Source of the DNA: an uncultured bacterium
Lineage (GTDB): Bacteria; Chlamydiota; Chlamydiia; Chlamydiales; FEN-1388
NCBI GenBank assembly: GCA_964462925.1
Contig: CAYWZU010000005.1
Span: 18,171 to 82,170, forward strand
Reading direction: 5' to 3'
DNA length: 64,000 nucleotides
Shown: positions 61,092-64,000 of the stretch, in pieces
How the letters are laid out: every line of letters begins with the position of its first letter
Numbering within the stretch: the first letter of the stretch is position 1
The notes under the pieces: generated by a model
The model's database searches: none
The model's input: only the letters and a program-made list of their open reading frames with translations
What the model was told of the DNA's origin: nothing
Translations under genes and position numbers: made by a program

Positions 61092-62591
61092 GTGGCCCCT
61101 TTAGAACATTCAAACCGATTAGAAATAGATAGTCTTAGCCGAAGTTTTGAAAACTTGTCGACATCAAATTTTTTGGCAGGCCTAACAAGGGCGCGATCTG
61201 CCTCATTTTGCTCAGCTAAAGAATTACCAAACAACTGCTCTCCCACAGCACGAACCAAGCTCATCTCTGCACTTGAAACAAACTCTGTTGCATCCCTTCA
61301 TAAAGAAGCCTTAGATTTTCCACCCCTAGAGCTTACAGTATTTTTGTACGCCTTAAAAAATGAGCCCTACCTTGCAGATAATCGAGAGGCGCTTGCAAGC
61401 TGTCTACTTAGACTCTCCCTTACCTTTACTACAATGAATCAATGCTCTACTTTAAGCTGGGAAAACTTACTAACACTCCTCGAACAGACCCCAACCTTTC
61501 ACGAACTTGCAACCTTTCTACGAGAAGACACTCTCACCACCCTCTCGCAAGTTGATATCGAGTTCTATGCAACAACGTGGAGTAGACTTTCTCGTGCTTT
61601 TTGCCTAGATGCTCTAAACATTAAAGATGCCTTTACTCAAAAAGTTTTAAAGTCTTGGGCTAGAGAATGCAGCCGCGATTGCCACACGATAGTAAGCCTA
61701 GCTTTTGTGGGATATCTTCTCGTGGGAGACATTCAAGAAGATATCTCGATTGATCATCTTGTGCAAAATTCGGTCATTCAGGAATTTATTTTCAGCTCAA
61801 TTGCAAAGATGGAAAGTAGCACAAAGTCCTTTTATTTCGTGCATGAGCTTGTTCGATGCTCCGAGATGCCTGTAATAAAATATCTAGAAAGACTAACGGC
61901 TCCGTCGCTTTCTTCACTTGAACAAATTTTATTTCAATCCTCGCTAGAGTGTCTCAATCCACAGGATAGGAAAAATGATGCTGCTCTCGTTTTATGTGCA
62001 TCCTATGCCGTGATTCATAAAAGAGAGACATGCAGCATTGAATTCTTTCATAAAATTGCGATCTTACTCATTGAGTTAGAAAAAGATGATTTTACCTTTG
62101 ATGACGATAAAGGCACTCTTGTAAATGAGTTATTTTCCAAAACATGGAACACCTGCGCTCTTTCACTTACAGGAGATGCCGATTTTTTTGAGGCATACAG
62201 AAGCATGATAGATGTGTACATGAGCTTTTGTTTTCCAGTTTTAGACAGAATTCCAATACATGCTGACAGTTTATTAATAAAGATTTTTACTGCATTTTTA
62301 AAAGGGTATCAGGGTCTAAAAGAAGAATGGGAAGCTTCAGATAAATCGTCTCTTTCAAAGGCGATTAGGATAAAGGCATCCCTGATTCAGGTCTTTTATT
62401 ATATTTTTGAGAACCTAAAAGAAAAAAAGAGCAAAAAAGCCATTTTTAACCTCCTTTATACAGTATTTTCAGTCGAAAGAATAACCGATTCCGACAAAGA
62501 GTTCTTAGTTGAGGAATATGATTATAACGGAAGAATCGGCCAAGGCTTTTGGCTTGAAAAGTCCTTCTATTTCATTAGTGAACCAATGTAA
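61092..62591 (+). CDS. Hypothetical protein (orphan)
   Basis: 499 aa with a GTG start. It is preceded by a very AT-rich 140-nt spacer and I recognised no motif. Confidence 0.5.
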   Translation: MAPLEHSNRLEIDSLSRSFENLSTSNFLAGLTRARSASFCSAKELPNNCSPTARTKLISALETNSVASLHKEALDFPPLELTVFLYALKNEPYLADNREALASCLLRLSLTFTTMNQCSTLSWENLLTLLEQTPTFHELATFLREDTLTTLSQVDIEFYATTWSRLSRAFCLDALNIKDAFTQKVLKSWARECSRDCHTIVSLAFVGYLLVGDIQEDISIDHLVQNSVIQEFIFSSIAKMESSTKSFYFVHELVRCSEMPVIKYLERLTAPSLSSLEQILFQSSLECLNPQDRKNDAALVLCASYAVIHKRETCSIEFFHKIAILLIELEKDDFTFDDDKGTLVNELFSKTWNTCALSLTGDADFFEAYRSMIDVYMSFCFPVLDRIPIHADSLLIKIFTAFLKGYQGLKEEWEASDKSSLSKAIRIKASLIQVFYYIFENLKEKKSKKAIFNLLYTVFSVERITDSDKEFLVEEYDYNGRIGQGFWLEKSFYFISEPM

Positions 62592-62691
62592 CAGCACTCA
62601 AATCAATAGACAGACTCCCCCATTCCTTATTACTAAAAAGAACTTGTTATCTAAATTTTTTCTTGGCATATACCAAAATAAAAGCATTTAT

Positions 62692-63861
62692 ATGTCTTTA
62701 ATACAGCCTAGAAGAGATCGTGAATTTATTCACACTGAAGAAGATTTGCCAAAAGCAAAAGAAGGCCTTACCTTTCGCGCAGGGGAAGTTACACACAGCA
62801 TCAAAATCATAAAAGCTGACATTAAGAACCAATCTCTTCTCTATAGACTGCTCAGCTTTATTGGACTCACCTATCAGGCAAAAGAAGTTCGAGCACTTCA
62901 AAAAGAACAAAAACAGATCAACAGGCTAATACGCACAGTAGCAAATCCCGAGGGCAATCCAAAAAGCATACAGTTTGCCTGCATTAAAGGCCTTGAGCAG
63001 CTGACCATAAAGAATACGCTTACTACCCTTCAAGAAATGAAAAAAGAACTAGAGACTGAAGGCCTGCTTGTATGCGTAGAGAAGACAAGTTCTAATCGGA
63101 TTCACATTTTACAAAATGTACAAGCTATTTCTGAGGTCTCATCGAAGGTAAACACTGCCCGCATCGAGCTTTTGGATGCATTTGAAAACGCACTTATTTC
63201 TGCAAACAACAAACCCATGGATGCAACGGTAGACCTCTCTGTCTTACGAAAAAATAGACCAAAAGAGCTTCCCAAATTTATAGAGCTTTCTGATGCAGCA
63301 CGTAAAGCTGACCTTGAGCGCTGGCTTACCCTCATTCCAAACTATACAGCCTGCTTTAGCACTTTTGGAAGGCGGGACTTGAGCGATATTCAGATAGATG
63401 GAAAAGATATGGAAGATCCACCCAAAGAAATGGAACAAAAAACCAAGGAATTTGTCCGCGTCACACTTCTTTGCAACAGGATTGAAGAAGAACTGATAAA
63501 AAGATGGCCCGATATGTCTAGAGAAAAAAGAGAGCAGTTTGTAGGAGACATAATCGTACAAATGGCAATTGACTATAGCCATGTCAGCTTGCTTACAGAT
63601 CTTGACGCTGCGAGAAAACTTCTCACTACCCACAGCGAGACCTCACTCGTTGCATCACCTCGTGCAAAGGACATCCCTACTTACGAAATCACCTTTGGAG
63701 AAGGCGCTAGCCCTTCCTGCAAAATTCTTTCCAGACAATACGTTTCAGAAATTGACACCTCAAGCAATAGGGAAATAAAAATGTATCGAGTAGAGTCAAG
63801 CCTTGCCAAAGCAGTCGATGACTCTCAATTTAAAGGAACCATCACTATTAATATTATATAA
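62692..63861 (+). CDS. Hypothetical protein (orphan)
   Basis: 389 aa from the ATG at 62692. The ORF-track start at 62509 would overlap the previous gene by 83 nt. I recognised no motif. Confidence 0.5.
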   Translation: MSLIQPRRDREFIHTEEDLPKAKEGLTFRAGEVTHSIKIIKADIKNQSLLYRLLSFIGLTYQAKEVRALQKEQKQINRLIRTVANPEGNPKSIQFACIKGLEQLTIKNTLTTLQEMKKELETEGLLVCVEKTSSNRIHILQNVQAISEVSSKVNTARIELLDAFENALISANNKPMDATVDLSVLRKNRPKELPKFIELSDAARKADLERWLTLIPNYTACFSTFGRRDLSDIQIDGKDMEDPPKEMEQKTKEFVRVTLLCNRIEEELIKRWPDMSREKREQFVGDIIVQMAIDYSHVSLLTDLDAARKLLTTHSETSLVASPRAKDIPTYEITFGEGASPSCKILSRQYVSEIDTSSNREIKMYRVESSLAKAVDDSQFKGTITINII

Positions 63862-63925
63862 ATAGCTTGATTTTATTTATTTCATTTATTAAAATTTATT
63901 ATTAAATTATTAATAATGGAATAAA

Positions 63926-64000
63926 ATGACTATTAATCTTAGCACAGACGTTTGCTTTGCATGTTCCAAGAACATACCCATCACAGATAGTAATTACCAG
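63926..64000 (+). CDS. 5' end of an unidentified ORF that runs off the window
   Basis: ATG at 63926 (MTINLSTDVCFACSKNIPITDSNYQ...) is open to the end of the window. Confidence 0.3.
   Translation, partial: MTINLSTDVCFACSKNIPITDSNYQ

Noticed and set aside
1-64000. A whole-window search for CRISPR arrays, rRNA/tRNA genes, IS elements, integrases, phage genes and known defence-system signatures.
   Set aside because: I found no regularly spaced direct repeats, no cloverleaf-like sequences in the intergenic gaps, and no transposase, integrase or nuclease motifs in any ORF. The absence is by eye only; tRNAscan-SE, Infernal or ISfinder could overturn it.

Overview
This is 64 kb of densely coding bacterial chromosome. 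I call about 62 protein genes on both strands. I found no rRNA, tRNA, CRISPR array, transposase or integrase by eye.

Recognisable housekeeping blocks:
- A HlyD adaptor / NodT outer-membrane-factor efflux pair plus an M48-TPR lipoprotein peptidase (1-3395).
- The sucA-sucB-lpdA 2-oxoglutarate dehydrogenase operon (13948-18767, minus strand).
- hemW, an RsmI-like methylase with holA, and a DAACS symporter.
- Two tandem MATE paralogues.
- An SDR, a DUF202 protein and a Cys-rich DUF326/Csp protein.
- rlmI with an MFS transporter.
- An opp oligopeptide ABC system, in which nagZ and two accessory genes separate oppA from oppBCDF.
- PPi-dependent phosphofructokinase, an alpha/beta hydrolase, ychJ, a GGQ ArfB-like factor, a metallophosphoesterase and a hemerythrin-like protein.

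Between these blocks sit many orphan genes with eukaryote-like or effector-like signatures:
- A protein whose C-terminus matches the eukaryotic HECT E3-ligase domain motif by motif.
- A classical WPD/CX5R protein tyrosine phosphatase co-transcribed with a Sel1-like repeat protein.
- A membrane-anchored Clp-D1-like AAA+ protein with an Inc-like bilobed hydrophobic domain.
- A double-SIS GCKR/MurQ-like protein.
- Two tandem paralogues built from a repeated WPSxExK module.
- An ACE-like M2 peptidase.
- A candidate clan-CD peptidase.
- Two ankyrin proteins.
- A J-like domain with YPD in place of HPD.
- A kinase-fold-like protein.

A dispersed 80-105 nt palindromic GA/TC-rich element occurs three times, always just after a stop codon.

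The gene content (PPi-PFK, OGDH, opp, Inc-like hydrophobic domain, many eukaryote-like domains) suggests an obligate intracellular bacterium, probably an environmental chlamydia-like organism. This taxonomic call is inference only. All family calls rest on motifs I read in the translations and compared with remembered consensus sequences. No database search was run.
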